Notes: a model not told the origin generated them from the sequence alone. A stretch of 64,000 nt of DNA from Nitrosopumilus sp. (GCA_965219345.1 OZ244732.1:768001-832000); one strand, 5' to 3'. Counted from the stretch's first letter, positions 10,211 to 20,588 are shown. A program made the numbers and translations.

Positions 10211-11277
10211 AAAAAAACTGGTTTAAAGAAAAAACAAAGAAATTTTCTTCCATTGGAGGATACCAAAAACCTGGACTTAATCAGAATGCATTAAAGCTTG
10301 ATTCCAATGAAAATTATGTAATTTCAAAACAGTTTCAAAATGACATTATATCATCAGCAAGAAAAGCTTCTGACGTAAGAGAATATCCACTTGGCGGAGT
10401 AGAACGCCTGATCCAGATGATATCTAAATTTGTTAAAGTGCCTTCTTCAATGATTGGTGTTGGTAACGGCTCTGATCAAATTTTGGATTTGATACTTTCC
10501 AATTTTGCGTCAAAGCAGACCAAAATTCTTACTTCTAATCCTACTTTTGGATTTTTTGAAGAGAGATGTAAATTATATTCAATACCATTGATTGCAATTC
10601 CATTTTCAAATGATATGAAATTAGACATTAAAGATTTTGTTAAACAATCTAAAAATGCGGATATACTATACCTTGACTCTCCAAACAATCCTACGGGATT
10701 TCAGTTTTCAAAAAATGAATTGCAAAGACTCATCAAATCTTTTAATGGTCTTATAATAATTGATGAGGCCTATGGAGAATTTGGTGACTATTCTCTCTCA
10801 AGTATGGTAAAAACTCAAGAAAATCTAATTGTCGTGCAAACTCTTTCAAAATCATTTGGATTAGCTGGACTTAGACTTGGATATTTCATTGCTAATAAGA
10901 AATTCACTAAAATCTTTATGGATGTCTTACAATATCCATATCCTCTAAGTACCATCACTATCGAATCTGGAATTCTAGCTTTAAAAAAATTAAAACCTAT
11001 GAAAAATGCAGCAATTAACATCAAACTTGAAAGAAAAAGAATTATTAAGAATTTACAGAAATATGATTCCTTTCAGGTCTTTGATTCCAAGGCTAATTTT
11101 GTGCTATTTGACGCCCAAGGAATCTACAAACGAGTCCATTCAGCACTTGCTGAGCAAGGAATTTCGACTCGAAAACTAGGAAAAATAGGAAATCATGGAG
11201 GATGTCTTAGAGTAACAATTGGAACAAAAGAAATGAACTCAAAATTTTTACTAGCTATTCGTGATTTATTAGGATGA
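10207..11277 (+). CDS. hisC: Histidinol-phosphate aminotransferase
   Basis: GNGSD, SPNNPTG, DEAY, TLSKSFGLAGLRLGY. Confidence 0.95.
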   Translation: MKKNWFKEKTKKFSSIGGYQKPGLNQNALKLDSNENYVISKQFQNDIISSARKASDVREYPLGGVERLIQMISKFVKVPSSMIGVGNGSDQILDLILSNFASKQTKILTSNPTFGFFEERCKLYSIPLIAIPFSNDMKLDIKDFVKQSKNADILYLDSPNNPTGFQFSKNELQRLIKSFNGLIIIDEAYGEFGDYSLSSMVKTQENLIVVQTLSKSFGLAGLRLGYFIANKKFTKIFMDVLQYPYPLSTITIESGILALKKLKPMKNAAINIKLERKRIIKNLQKYDSFQVFDSKANFVLFDAQGIYKRVHSALAEQGISTRKLGKIGNHGGCLRVTIGTKEMNSKFLLAIRDLLG

Positions 11278-12248
11278 CTTTAACAAAAAAATCTGAAGGG
11301 ATCTACGTTGATGATTCTTACATTGATGTCCTAAATGAAATTGATGCTATAATTTTTGATTGCGATGGCGTTTTAATTGACGTTTCAAAATCATATGATT
11401 CAGCAATACTTAAAACAACTCGATATGTTTTAGAGAATTTTGCAAAAATTAATGATTCCATAGATGTGGATTTTAAAATAATTGATGGATTCAAGTCAAC
11501 AGGCGGATTCAATGATGAAGTTGATCTAACATATGCTGCAATAATTTCTCTAGTTGCAGCAAAAAAATTAGAAAAAGATCAAACAAGTTTTATCTTTGAT
11601 GTAATAAAAAATGCCGATTCTAGTGGCATAATATCTGTGGAAAAATATCTTGAAAATCAAGTTGACATTTCTGATATCAAAAAGCAATTATCCTATCCTG
11701 GAATTCATCATGAAAATCCGCTGTATCAAATATTTGATCAACTTTTTTACGGACCTGAATTATATCGGAAATTATTTAGAAACACTTCAAAATTTTCCGA
11801 GTCTGGTTTAATTGAGCAAGATGATGTAATTTTGAATAATTCATTGCTTGAAAAATTACAAAATAAACTTGACTCCAAAATTGCAGTGGTAACAGGCAGA
11901 GGAAAAGAATCTATCAGCTATTCCTTAAAGACGTTATTAGAAAAATTTGATCTGAAAAATTCTGTGTTTCTAGAAGATGAATCAAGGGAGCTCGCAAAAC
12001 CAAATCCTCGATCACTCATAAATGCGATTAACGGAATGAATGGTATCTCTACTCTGTTTGTTGGAGATTCTATGGAAGATTTTATCATGGCTACTAAGGC
12101 CACCAACTTGGGAAGCAAAACCACTTTTTGTGGAATTATTGGTACTACCAAAAATCCACAAGAAAAACTTGAATTATTTCAGCGAAACGGAGCCATTCTA
12201 GTATTAGATTCAATCCATCTACTTCCGAAGGTATTAAATTTAGAATAA
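11274..12248 (+). CDS. HAD-superfamily hydrolase in his operon (candidate histidinol-phosphatase)
   Basis: FDCDGVL, VTGR, KPNP, VGDS..D motifs; translationally coupled to hisC. Confidence 0.75.
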   Translation: MTLTKKSEGIYVDDSYIDVLNEIDAIIFDCDGVLIDVSKSYDSAILKTTRYVLENFAKINDSIDVDFKIIDGFKSTGGFNDEVDLTYAAIISLVAAKKLEKDQTSFIFDVIKNADSSGIISVEKYLENQVDISDIKKQLSYPGIHHENPLYQIFDQLFYGPELYRKLFRNTSKFSESGLIEQDDVILNNSLLEKLQNKLDSKIAVVTGRGKESISYSLKTLLEKFDLKNSVFLEDESRELAKPNPRSLINAINGMNGISTLFVGDSMEDFIMATKATNLGSKTTFCGIIGTTKNPQEKLELFQRNGAILVLDSIHLLPKVLNLE

Positions 12249-12265
12249 AGCAGATCACATAACCT

Positions 12266-12862
12266 GTGAGAAATATGAAACCGCGAAAGGCATCAATTAA
12301 ACGAAGTACCAAAGAAACAAGCGTTCAAGTATCCGTTAATCTAGATGGAACTGGAAAAACAAGCATTAAAACCGGCATTAATTTTCTTGATCACTTGATT
12401 GTATCGTTTGGTACACATAGTATGATGGATCTGAAAGTTGACGCAAAATCAAATGATGGAATTGAACACCACCTAATTGAGGATACTGCAATTTCGATAG
12501 GACAAGCAATTGATAAAGCATTGAGCTCAAGAAGTGGAATTACAAGATTCAGCTATGCATCTGTTCCAATGGATGAGTCTCTTGCTGAAGCTTCAATTGA
12601 TTTAGTAAAACGTCCATTTTGGAAGTTAACTTTGTCAATTAAACGAAGTAAAATTGAAGGCATCTCCAAAGAAGATCTGGAACACTTTTTCCAGTCACTT
12701 CTTCAGAATCTTAACAGCTGCATTCACCTCACTGTAAAGTATGGCGAAAATGATCATCACAAGGTTGAGGCTGCCATAAAGTCACTTGCTGTTGCATTAA
12801 GATCAGCTTTATCGTATGATAAAAAACAAAAAGGTATTCCAAGTACGAAAGGTTCAATGTAA
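12266..12862 (+). CDS. hisB: Imidazoleglycerol-phosphate dehydratase
   Basis: [20 protein letters not shown]. Confidence 0.95.
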   Translation: MRNMKPRKASIKRSTKETSVQVSVNLDGTGKTSIKTGINFLDHLIVSFGTHSMMDLKVDAKSNDGIEHHLIEDTAISIGQAIDKALSSRSGITRFSYASVPMDESLAEASIDLVKRPFWKLTLSIKRSKIEGISKEDLEHFFQSLLQNLNSCIHLTVKYGENDHHKVEAAIKSLAVALRSALSYDKKQKGIPSTKGSM

Positions 12863-13467
12863 TGGTCAAAGTAGCAATATTTGATTATGGCGCTGGAAAT
12901 ATTTTCAGCCTTAAAAATTCATTTGAAAATGCGGGAGCTTCGGTTGATGTAATTAATAATTTCAAGAAACCTAATGAATATTCTGGTTTGTTGCTTCCTG
13001 GTGTAGGAAACTTTGATCCTGCAGTCAAAAGTATTATTCAATCTTCAAAAACTGGATTCAAGGACTTTGTAAATGACACTCCTGTTTTAGGAATCTGTCT
13101 TGGAATGGAAATGTTTTTTGAAAAAAGTGAAGAGGGAAAAGAAGAAGGCCTTGGGGTAATGGATGGTGAGGTAATTGTTCTTCCTGACACCATGAAAGTC
13201 CCTCACATGGGATGGAATGATTTAGAGATAAAAAAACCAGGCAAACTTCTAGAAGGGGTTGAGAATGGTTCTTGGGTTTATTTTGTACACTCGTATAGGG
13301 CTAAACCAAATTCCAATGATATAATCACTGCAGAATCTGATTATGGAATTAAAGTTCCAGCAATAGTTGAACAAGACAACTTTTTTGGGACTCAATTTCA
13401 TCCAGAAAAATCCAGCTCCGTTGGAAAAATTATGATAAAGAACTTTCTTGATGTGTGTAAAAGATGA
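12862..13467 (+). CDS. hisH: Imidazole glycerol phosphate synthase glutaminase subunit
   Basis: DYGAGN, GICLG, PHMGWN, QFHPEKS. Confidence 0.95.
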   Translation: MVKVAIFDYGAGNIFSLKNSFENAGASVDVINNFKKPNEYSGLLLPGVGNFDPAVKSIIQSSKTGFKDFVNDTPVLGICLGMEMFFEKSEEGKEEGLGVMDGEVIVLPDTMKVPHMGWNDLEIKKPGKLLEGVENGSWVYFVHSYRAKPNSNDIITAESDYGIKVPAIVEQDNFFGTQFHPEKSSSVGKIMIKNFLDVCKR

Positions 13468-14171
13468 AAATCATTCCCGCAATTGATCTAATGGATGGCC
13501 AAGTAGTTCGGCTCTACAAAGGTGATCCAAAGCGAAAAACAGTGTATAGTGATAATCCTGTTGAAATTGCAAAAAAATGGGAGGCAGATGGTGCTGATAT
13601 GTTGCATATAGTTGATTTAGATGCAACTTTGGGAATTGGCTCTAATCTTTCAATAGTAAAGAAAATTCTGGAGGAAATTTCAATCCCGGTTGAAGTTGCT
13701 GGAGGCCTACGAGATGAGTCATTGATTCTAGATGTCATCAAAATTTCAAGCAGAATAGTAATTGGAACTTTAGCCTTTGAAGACAAAGAGCTTGTTAAAA
13801 AATTACTCTTATCCTTGGGACCTGAAAAAATTGTAATTTCAGTTGATCACAAAGATGGTGAAACAGTAATACATGGTTGGCAAGATAGTGCTGGAATCAA
13901 ACCAATTGATGCAATCAAAGAATTTCTTGATATGGGATTTACAGAATTCTTATTGACAAATATTAGTCGTGATGGGACACTTGAAGGGCCTGATTTGGAG
14001 TTTCTAGCACAAGCATGTCAATTAGAGAATACAAATGTAATTGCAAGTGGTGGAATTTCAAATGTTGATGATGTTAAGGATGTAAAAGAAAAAAATGCAT
14101 TTGGAGTTATACTTGGAAAGGCTCTTTATGAAAATAAAATATCAATTGAGGAGGCAAAGAAGATAGTATGA
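13464..14171 (+). CDS. hisA: ProFAR isomerase
   Basis: [28 protein letters not shown]. Confidence 0.95.
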   Translation: MKIIPAIDLMDGQVVRLYKGDPKRKTVYSDNPVEIAKKWEADGADMLHIVDLDATLGIGSNLSIVKKILEEISIPVEVAGGLRDESLILDVIKISSRIVIGTLAFEDKELVKKLLLSLGPEKIVISVDHKDGETVIHGWQDSAGIKPIDAIKEFLDMGFTEFLLTNISRDGTLEGPDLEFLAQACQLENTNVIASGGISNVDDVKDVKEKNAFGVILGKALYENKISIEEAKKIV

Positions 14172-14971
14172 CTTTGACAAAACGAATCATTCCCTGTCTT
14201 GATGTAAAGAATGGCAGAGTTGTCAAGGGACTTCGTTTTGAATCAACTAAGGATGCAGGTGATCCTGTTGAACTTGCTGAAAAGTATAGCAATGAAGGAG
14301 CTGATGAGCTTGTATTTTTGGATATTACTGCATCTGATGAACAAAGAGAGATCATTAAAGATTTAGTAAGAAAAGTTGCATCAGTAATTGATATTCCATT
14401 TACTGTTGGCGGTGGTGTTAAATCATTAGAGGATGCTAGGAATATCCTTCTAAATGGTGCTGATAAAGTTGGAATTAATACTGGTGCTATAAAGAACCCA
14501 CAAGTAATTACTGAATTGATGGAACTCTTTGGCCGTCAATGTATTGTAGTTGCAATTGATGTTAAAAGAAATTTTGATGTTGATAATGAAAAAAATATTT
14601 TCACTGAAAATGATAAAAAATTCTGGTTTGAAGTTTTCATCTATGGTGGAAAGGAAAAAACAGGAATCGATGCCATTTCATGGGCAAAAAAAGCAGAAAA
14701 TCTTGGTGCTGGCGAAATTCTTCTTACTAGTATTGATAAGGATGGAACAAAAGATGGCTATGATATTTTGCTTACAAAATCAATTGTTGATTCAGTATCC
14801 ATTCCAGTAATAGCATCTGGTGGCTGCGGAAATCCTGATGATATGGTGGATGTATTCAGGGAGTCAAATGTTGATGCCGCACTTGCTGCTTCAATTTTTC
14901 ACTATCAGGCTCATGGGGTGAACGGTGTTAAGACACATCTTAAAGGGAAAGAAATTCCTGTAAGATTATAA
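14168..14971 (+). CDS. hisF: Imidazole glycerol phosphate synthase cyclase subunit
   Basis: [28 protein letters not shown]. Confidence 0.95.
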   Translation: MTLTKRIIPCLDVKNGRVVKGLRFESTKDAGDPVELAEKYSNEGADELVFLDITASDEQREIIKDLVRKVASVIDIPFTVGGGVKSLEDARNILLNGADKVGINTGAIKNPQVITELMELFGRQCIVVAIDVKRNFDVDNEKNIFTENDKKFWFEVFIYGGKEKTGIDAISWAKKAENLGAGEILLTSIDKDGTKDGYDILLTKSIVDSVSIPVIASGGCGNPDDMVDVFRESNVDAALAASIFHYQAHGVNGVKTHLKGKEIPVRL

Positions 14972-14994
14972 TAGCTATTTCTCGAGTCATAACT

Positions 14995-15324
14995 ATGCAA
15001 AAATCCATTGATGATATAGATTTTGAAAAAAGTGGCGGATTAATTCCAATTATAGTTCAGGACGCAACTACAAAAGATGTTTTGACACTTGCCTATTCCA
15101 ATAAGGAATCTCTTGAACTAACAAAGAAAACTGGAAACTCTTGGTTTTGGAGTCGTTCAAGAAATAAACTTTGGATGAAAGGTGAAGAATCAGGCAATAC
15201 TCAAAAGGTAAAAGAAATTCTTGTTGATTGTGATTCCGATGCAATTATTTATCTTGTCGAACCGTTGGGACCAGCTTGCCATACTGGTGAACGAGTTTGT
15301 TTTCACAATAATTTAGAAAAATAA
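14995..15324 (+). CDS. hisI: Phosphoribosyl-AMP cyclohydrolase (monofunctional)
   Basis: WSRSR..LW.KGEESG, DCDSD, ACHTG...CF. Confidence 0.95.
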   Translation: MQKSIDDIDFEKSGGLIPIIVQDATTKDVLTLAYSNKESLELTKKTGNSWFWSRSRNKLWMKGEESGNTQKVKEILVDCDSDAIIYLVEPLGPACHTGERVCFHNNLEK

Positions 15325-15325
15325 T

Positions 15326-15796
15326 CTAACAAATTGGTTTTATGTGTGCTCCAGGAACAACTCTTTCATCAATTTCAAAATCTAGGTTTGAATAATTAGT
15401 TCCTCTAAAAACTAATGACCATTTTCCAATCAAGTCGTCAACAGAACAAAATACATCATATTCTTCAAGTCCAGGTTCAAAATAAAAATTAAATTTTGAT
15501 TTTTTAGCTCCATCAAATGGAACTGAATCCCATACTAACTGATGAGTTGCATTCCCCGGTCTCATTATATCAATCTGCCCTTTCTCATCAAATTCTAGTC
15601 CATCAGCTACCATGAAGATCTTTTCACCTATGGCATATTTACTTCGATCAATCTCAAATGGTCCTGAAGACTGCCATTCTTTTGGTAATGGTTTGTAATC
15701 TGCATCCTCTGATTCTTGATATGGCACAAAAATTAAAGTCAAAATTATTGCAAGAATTACTATTCCTCCAACAATAATTACCGGACTCGTTTTCAT
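15326..15796 (-). CDS. Membrane-anchored hypothetical protein
   Basis: 156 aa ORF with N-terminal hydrophobic helix, converging on hisI. Confidence 0.7.
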   Translation of the reverse strand: MKTSPVIIVGGIVILAIILTLIFVPYQESEDADYKPLPKEWQSSGPFEIDRSKYAIGEKIFMVADGLEFDEKGQIDIMRPGNATHQLVWDSVPFDGAKKSKFNFYFEPGLEEYDVFCSVDDLIGKWSLVFRGTNYSNLDFEIDERVVPGAHIKPIC

Positions 15797-16017
15797 ATGA
15801 GAAAATCTTTTAAAAAAATCTCTAAAAACCTTACCATTAATAAAAAATCAATAAAAAGTAGCTTTTTTCTGAATATTTCCTAAAACTATGGGCCACTTTG
15901 AAGCTTTTTCCTATATTTGTGCCAAAATTATCACTATATTTTACCTTCATTAAAATTAAGTAATACTTAACTTGATATTAGGATTTTTTATGTATATTCT
16001 AAAAGGAGTAACTAATC

Positions 16018-17232
16018 TTGGCTAGAACATTATTGCAGTGCAGAGAGTGTAAAAGAGAGTACGAACCTACTTTCAAGTATATTTGTGATGACTGTTTCGG
16101 ACCACTTGATGTAAGGTATGATTTTCCAACAGTTACCAGGGATACATTTTCTAATCGTGAGCAAACGTATTGGCGATATTTTGAATTACTCCCAATAGAA
16201 GACAAATCAAATATTGTAAGCATTGATGCAGGAATGACACCATTAACCAAAGCAGAAAAACTGGGTGAAAAACTTGGTTTGAAAAATCTTTACATCAAAA
16301 ATGATTCCGTTAATCCAACATTTTCATTTAAAGACAGACCTGCAGGTGTTGCAGTATCAAAAGCAAAGGAGTTTGGATTATCAGCTGTTGGTTGTGCATC
16401 CACTGGTAATTTGGCATCAGCTACTGCAGCTCATGCCGCAAAAGGCGGATTTCCATGTCATGTATTTGCTCCAAGTAACATCGAGATGGCAAAAATTGCA
16501 CAAGCATTATCGTATGGTGCAAACTACATTGCAGTTGATGGAACATATGACGATGCAAACAGAATTGCTGCACAAATAGGCGACAGTAAAGGAATTGGAA
16601 TCGTAAATATTAATATGCGTTCCCACTATGTTGAAGGCTCTAAAACTTTGGCATATGAAGTTGCAGAACAGCTTGACTGGCAGGTACCTGATCAACTAAT
16701 AGTTCCAGTAGGCAGTGGTGCAATGCTTAACGCAATTTGTAAGGGATTTGAAGAACTACAACAGGTATCGTTGTTAAATGATGTAACTGGCATGCACATG
16801 ATTGCAGCACAGCCGCACGGATGTGCTCCCATTGTTGATGCATTTAAGAAAAATTCCAAAGAAATTGTTCCAGTTGAATACCCTGATACTGTAGCAAAGA
16901 GCTTGGCAATAGGTGATCCTGGAGATGGAAGATATGTGTTAAAACGACTGGCACAATACAATGGATTTGCAGAAGAATGTAACGATAAAGAAATTTTAGA
17001 TGCTATACTACTTTTAGCAAGAACAGAAGGCATATTCACAGAGCCTGCAGGAGGCGTTTCCGTTGCTGTACTGCGAAAGATGGTAGAGCAAGGAAAGATT
17101 GACAAAAACGACAGAGTAGTGTGTTATGTTACTGGAAACGGACTCAAGGCAACCGAATCAATCATGGAAGTGTTACAAAAGCCAAAAGTAATGAAAGCAG
17201 ATATTGCAGAAATTTCGACGGTGGTAAACTAG
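16018..17232 (+). CDS. thrC: Threonine synthase family PLP enzyme
   Basis: N-terminal Zn knuckle, NPTFSFKDR, ASTGN, EG.KT.AYE, TGNGLK. Confidence 0.9.
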   Translation: MARTLLQCRECKREYEPTFKYICDDCFGPLDVRYDFPTVTRDTFSNREQTYWRYFELLPIEDKSNIVSIDAGMTPLTKAEKLGEKLGLKNLYIKNDSVNPTFSFKDRPAGVAVSKAKEFGLSAVGCASTGNLASATAAHAAKGGFPCHVFAPSNIEMAKIAQALSYGANYIAVDGTYDDANRIAAQIGDSKGIGIVNINMRSHYVEGSKTLAYEVAEQLDWQVPDQLIVPVGSGAMLNAICKGFEELQQVSLLNDVTGMHMIAAQPHGCAPIVDAFKKNSKEIVPVEYPDTVAKSLAIGDPGDGRYVLKRLAQYNGFAEECNDKEILDAILLLARTEGIFTEPAGGVSVAVLRKMVEQGKIDKNDRVVCYVTGNGLKATESIMEVLQKPKVMKADIAEISTVVN

Positions 17233-17234
17233 TA

Positions 17235-18575
17235 ATGGCAAACATCACATTTACAATTCCATCCGTGCTAAACCAGGGAGGCGGTGAGAAAAAGACTGAG
17301 ATCTCAGCTGATTCTCTTCACGATGCGTTTGCAAAGATATCTGAAGCAATGGGCGATGATTTCAAGCGCAGAGTTTTAGAAAATGACGAAACTCCACGAT
17401 CTTTGATTAACATTTACATCAACGGAAAAAATGCCAAGTTTACTAATGGTATGGAAACCGCCCTTGAAGACGGTGACGAAGTCTACATATTGCCAGCAGT
17501 GGCAGGTGGTTCTGAAGAACTGTCCAATAAGGAATTGGACAGATTCTCTAGACAAGTAATGCTGGAAGAGATTGGTTATCAGGGTCAACTGAAATTAAAG
17601 AATGCCAAAGTTTGCGTCGTTGGTACCGGCGGCCTTGGTAATCCAATTACTACGAGACTTGCCGCAATGGGCATTGGTACTTTGCGTATTGTTGATCGGG
17701 ATGTAATTGAATTATCCAATCTGCATAGACAGACAATGTTTGATGAAGATGATGTGGGACAAGTAAAAGTCGAAGTTGCCGCAAAGAAATTGCAAAAACT
17801 AAATCCTGATTGCAAGATAGAGGCACTGGCAGTATCAGTCAATGATTATACTGCACTGGAAGTAGTTGAGGGATGCGATGTCGTAGTTGATGCCCTAGAT
17901 AGTGTCAATGCAAGATATGCATTAAACAAGGCATGTGTAAAGTATGGAATTCCGTTTGTTACGGGCGCTGCAGTTGGGGTATCTGGGCAAATATTTACAA
18001 TACTTCCTGGAACCAGTGCATGCTATCACTGCATGTTTCCTGCATTAGATGAGGATGCAATGCCTACATGCAGCATTGAGGGAGTACATCCGTCCATACT
18101 GTCTGTCGTTGGCGGAATCGAGGTTGCCGAAGCAGTCAAAGTAATTCTTGGCAAAAAACCAAGTCTCTCTGAAAAAATATTACATATTGATATTGAAAGT
18201 CTTGACTTTGCAAGTACCCGAACTTTCAAAGCAGAGGAATGTCCGGTCTGTGGTTCCGGCAAATTAGAGCAAGTGGCAAAAGAAGAGCTGTTGTTAGAGG
18301 AACTATGTGGCAGAAATCGCGGAAAGAGAACGTTCTCCATAACACCTACTGCTACCTTTGATCTTGATGTCAATTCTGTAACCTGCGCTGCAAAAGAAAA
18401 GGGATTTTTAGTTGAGAATCAAAGTGACCTTGGATTATCACTGCGAACAAATGCGATGTCAGTTAGTTTCATGAAGAAAGGCTCTGCAGTTGTTGTTGGA
18501 CCAAAAGATGGGCAAGAAGCTATTTCACTATACAAAGAATTGTTAGGAAAAGAGACAATCAAAACAGCAAATTAG
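17235..18575 (+). CDS. MoaD/ThiS ubiquitin-like domain fused to ThiF/MoeB E1-like adenylyltransferase
   Basis: ATG 17235; Ubl ends ILPAVAGG; then RFSRQ, GTGGLG, SNLHRQ, CYHC, PTC..EG, CPVC, LCGR. Confidence 0.9.
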   Translation: MANITFTIPSVLNQGGGEKKTEISADSLHDAFAKISEAMGDDFKRRVLENDETPRSLINIYINGKNAKFTNGMETALEDGDEVYILPAVAGGSEELSNKELDRFSRQVMLEEIGYQGQLKLKNAKVCVVGTGGLGNPITTRLAAMGIGTLRIVDRDVIELSNLHRQTMFDEDDVGQVKVEVAAKKLQKLNPDCKIEALAVSVNDYTALEVVEGCDVVVDALDSVNARYALNKACVKYGIPFVTGAAVGVSGQIFTILPGTSACYHCMFPALDEDAMPTCSIEGVHPSILSVVGGIEVAEAVKVILGKKPSLSEKILHIDIESLDFASTRTFKAEECPVCGSGKLEQVAKEELLLEELCGRNRGKRTFSITPTATFDLDVNSVTCAAKEKGFLVENQSDLGLSLRTNAMSVSFMKKGSAVVVGPKDGQEAISLYKELLGKETIKTAN

Positions 18576-18642
18576 TCATCCGGCATTCTGAAATTAATCT
18601 GCCAACTAAATCATTATATTATTTCATCATATCCCACTTGTA

Positions 18643-19659
18643 TTGATCACTCTTTCTGATTTGCAAAAGTTTGATTCCGAGCAGATGTATGGGGTATATG
18701 ACAGGTGGAATGCTATTTCAAGTGAATCTTACAACAATGATTTTGATGTAGTTGATTTTTCTGACATTGATAATGTTATCTTTGCAGGAATGGGAGGATC
18801 CGGCGCGATTGGCGACTTGTTTTCAGCCATACTATCAAACACTGACATTCATGTGTCGGCAACCAAAGGCTATCATATTCCAAAGACTGTAGACTCCAAA
18901 TCACTGGTAATTACTACTAGCATCTCTGGAAATACTGATGAAACACTATCTGTTTTAGAGTCTGCAAAAAAAACAGACTGCAAGCTGGTTGCATTTTCTT
19001 CTGGCGGAAAGATGGAGTCGTTTTGTTTGAACAATTCTATAGAGTACAGAAAAATTCCTATGATTCATTCTCCCAGGGCATCATTTACCGCCTATCTCTA
19101 TTCGATGCTAAGAATTCTGGAGACTGTTATTCCTGTCTCAAAACATGACATTGATGAGTCCATCAAAAAAATGGATGATATGTGCACCAAAATATCTTCT
19201 AACAATCTAACTGAAAGCAATCCCTCACTGTCTTTAGCGGAACGGATTGATGGAATTCCTTTAATTTACTATCCGTGGGGCTTACAACCATCTGCAATTC
19301 GTTTTAAAAATTCGCTACAAGAAAATTCAAAAATACATGCGATCGCCGAAGACGTAGTTGAGGCATGTCACAACGGAATTGTTTCATGGGAGACTGACTC
19401 TAACGTTGTTCCAATTTTGTTGAGAGGAACGGATGATTATGTCAAAACCAAAGAAAGATGGGAAATTCTGAAAGAATACTTTGATTCAGCTGATATTTCA
19501 TACAAAGAAATCTTTAGTGTTGAGGGAAACATACTATCAAAACTGATCAATCTGATATACTTGCTTGACTATTCCACCATATACTTGTCAGTCAAACGAC
19601 AAGTAAACCCGTCAACTGTAGACTCTATAACATTTGTCAAGGAACGTCTGCGATTATGA
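18643..19659 (+). CDS. SIS-domain bifunctional phosphoglucose/phosphomannose isomerase-like protein
   Basis: GMGGSG..GD, S.SGNT.ET, SSGGK, PRAS, ENSK, EACHN. Confidence 0.85.
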   Translation: MITLSDLQKFDSEQMYGVYDRWNAISSESYNNDFDVVDFSDIDNVIFAGMGGSGAIGDLFSAILSNTDIHVSATKGYHIPKTVDSKSLVITTSISGNTDETLSVLESAKKTDCKLVAFSSGGKMESFCLNNSIEYRKIPMIHSPRASFTAYLYSMLRILETVIPVSKHDIDESIKKMDDMCTKISSNNLTESNPSLSLAERIDGIPLIYYPWGLQPSAIRFKNSLQENSKIHAIAEDVVEACHNGIVSWETDSNVVPILLRGTDDYVKTKERWEILKEYFDSADISYKEIFSVEGNILSKLINLIYLLDYSTIYLSVKRQVNPSTVDSITFVKERLRL

Positions 19660-19679
19660 TATCTTGATTACCTTACCTC

Positions 19680-19823
19680 ACAAAGAAATTCAAATACTTT
19701 GCAAACCGTCAAGACCATGTGAGATTTTGCATAGTGCTGCGGATATTACTCTTGCAAAAACCAATCTAGGATTTGCCCCAAAATTTCCTTGAAAAGTGGA
19801 TTAGAACGATTCTTATCCGAAAA
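19680..19823 (+). pseudogene. C-terminal remnant of an NAD-dependent sugar epimerase/dehydratase
   Basis: Manual translation KPSRPCEILHSAADITLAKTNLGFAPK, frameshift, SLKSGLERFL resembles an extended-SDR C-terminus. Confidence 0.6.
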
Positions 19824-19824
19824 A

Positions 19825-19903
19825 TACACTGTAACATCTTCGAGGGTTTTCATCGATTTCAAATTGCTGTTACATTCGAGGGCCGGGGTGTTACGTTAGA
19901 GGG
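19825..19903 (+). repeat. ~75 bp dispersed repeat, copy 1
   Basis: TACACTGTAACATCTTCGAGGGTTTTCATCGATTTCAAATTGCTGTTACATTCGAGGGCCGGGGTGTTACGTTAGAGGG. Confidence 0.95.
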
Positions 19904-19949
19904 GATTCTGTGTAACCTTCGACAGGTGAAATATGAATTTTATTCAAAA

Positions 19950-20025
19950 TGGAGGCAGAAGGATTTGAACCTTCGAACCCCCAGTTACGAATCCGGGTGC
20001 CTTATCCAAGCTAGACTGTGCCCCC
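19950..20025 (-). tRNA. Non-canonical tRNA-like gene (C8, 8-nt anticodon loop AUUCGUAA; CGU or UCG ambiguous)
   Basis: Reverse complement GGGGGCA-CA-GTCT-AGCTTGGATA-AGGC-A-CCCGG-ATTCGTAA-CTGGG-GGTTC-GAAGG-TTCAAAT-CCTTC-TGCCTCC-A; all four stems pair. Confidence 0.75.
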
Positions 20026-20032
20026 AAAATTG

Positions 20033-20089
20033 AAAAAAACCCCCCATTTTCGTAAACAGACAATGATGCATTACATTGTCCAATGGGGG
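20033..20089 (-). terminator. Hairpin plus T-tract immediately upstream of the tRNA-like gene
   Basis: Nested stems CCCCCATT/AATGGGGG and GACAATG/CATTGTC followed by a T7 run on the minus strand. Confidence 0.45.
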
Positions 20090-20237
20090 CTTGTTTATCC
20101 TAACCGAGGATCGACAAGGAAGAATAGACTTCATTGTTAATTGAAAAAAATCCTATAAAAATTTTAATGTCAATGTTTGCTCAGTGAGGCATTCTGAATA
20201 ATGGTCTTCCACTTGTTCTTACCATCAACATCAACCA

Positions 20238-20588
20238 TTGAAGCTTGAGCTGGAGTCTTGCCTTTCAATGCACGGCAAAAAACGAATTGAGAAAAGAAGT
20301 AAAGAGGATGCATTGAGTATTTTGACTGAGGGTTATATGGTAATGGAGAGAGGGATAAAGCTGTTTGATCAGATTAGTAAAAAGAAACTGTCAGTCATCA
20401 CGGAGGGAAACAACACCGAATACATCAAAAAGGCCATAGAACTACTCGCCGGAGAATGCACCGATCGGGTAGATGTGATTGATGGTGCTGAGGGTAGCAC
20501 GGAAATCAATCAACTAAAAACATTGTTTAAGTTTTTCAAGAAAGTCCCACATGACAACAAGGTTCTTTTTGTATGGGTTGTGAGGTGA
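20238..20588 (+). CDS. Hypothetical protein
   Basis: 116 aa ORF, no recognisable motif; start uncertain. Confidence 0.45.
   Translation: MKLELESCLSMHGKKRIEKRSKEDALSILTEGYMVMERGIKLFDQISKKKLSVITEGNNTEYIKKAIELLAGECTDRVDVIDGAEGSTEINQLKTLFKFFKKVPHDNKVLFVWVVR

Noticed and set aside
19825-19832. Classical Tn7 ends (TGT...ACA) with a 5 bp TSD
   Set aside because: Flanks TACAC and GTGTA are inverted, not direct, and no tns genes are present
19773-20033. 86 aa ORF (and 40243-40533)
   Set aside because: Read through the repeat or tRNA-like sequence; spurious apart from the frameshifted res tail in the latter
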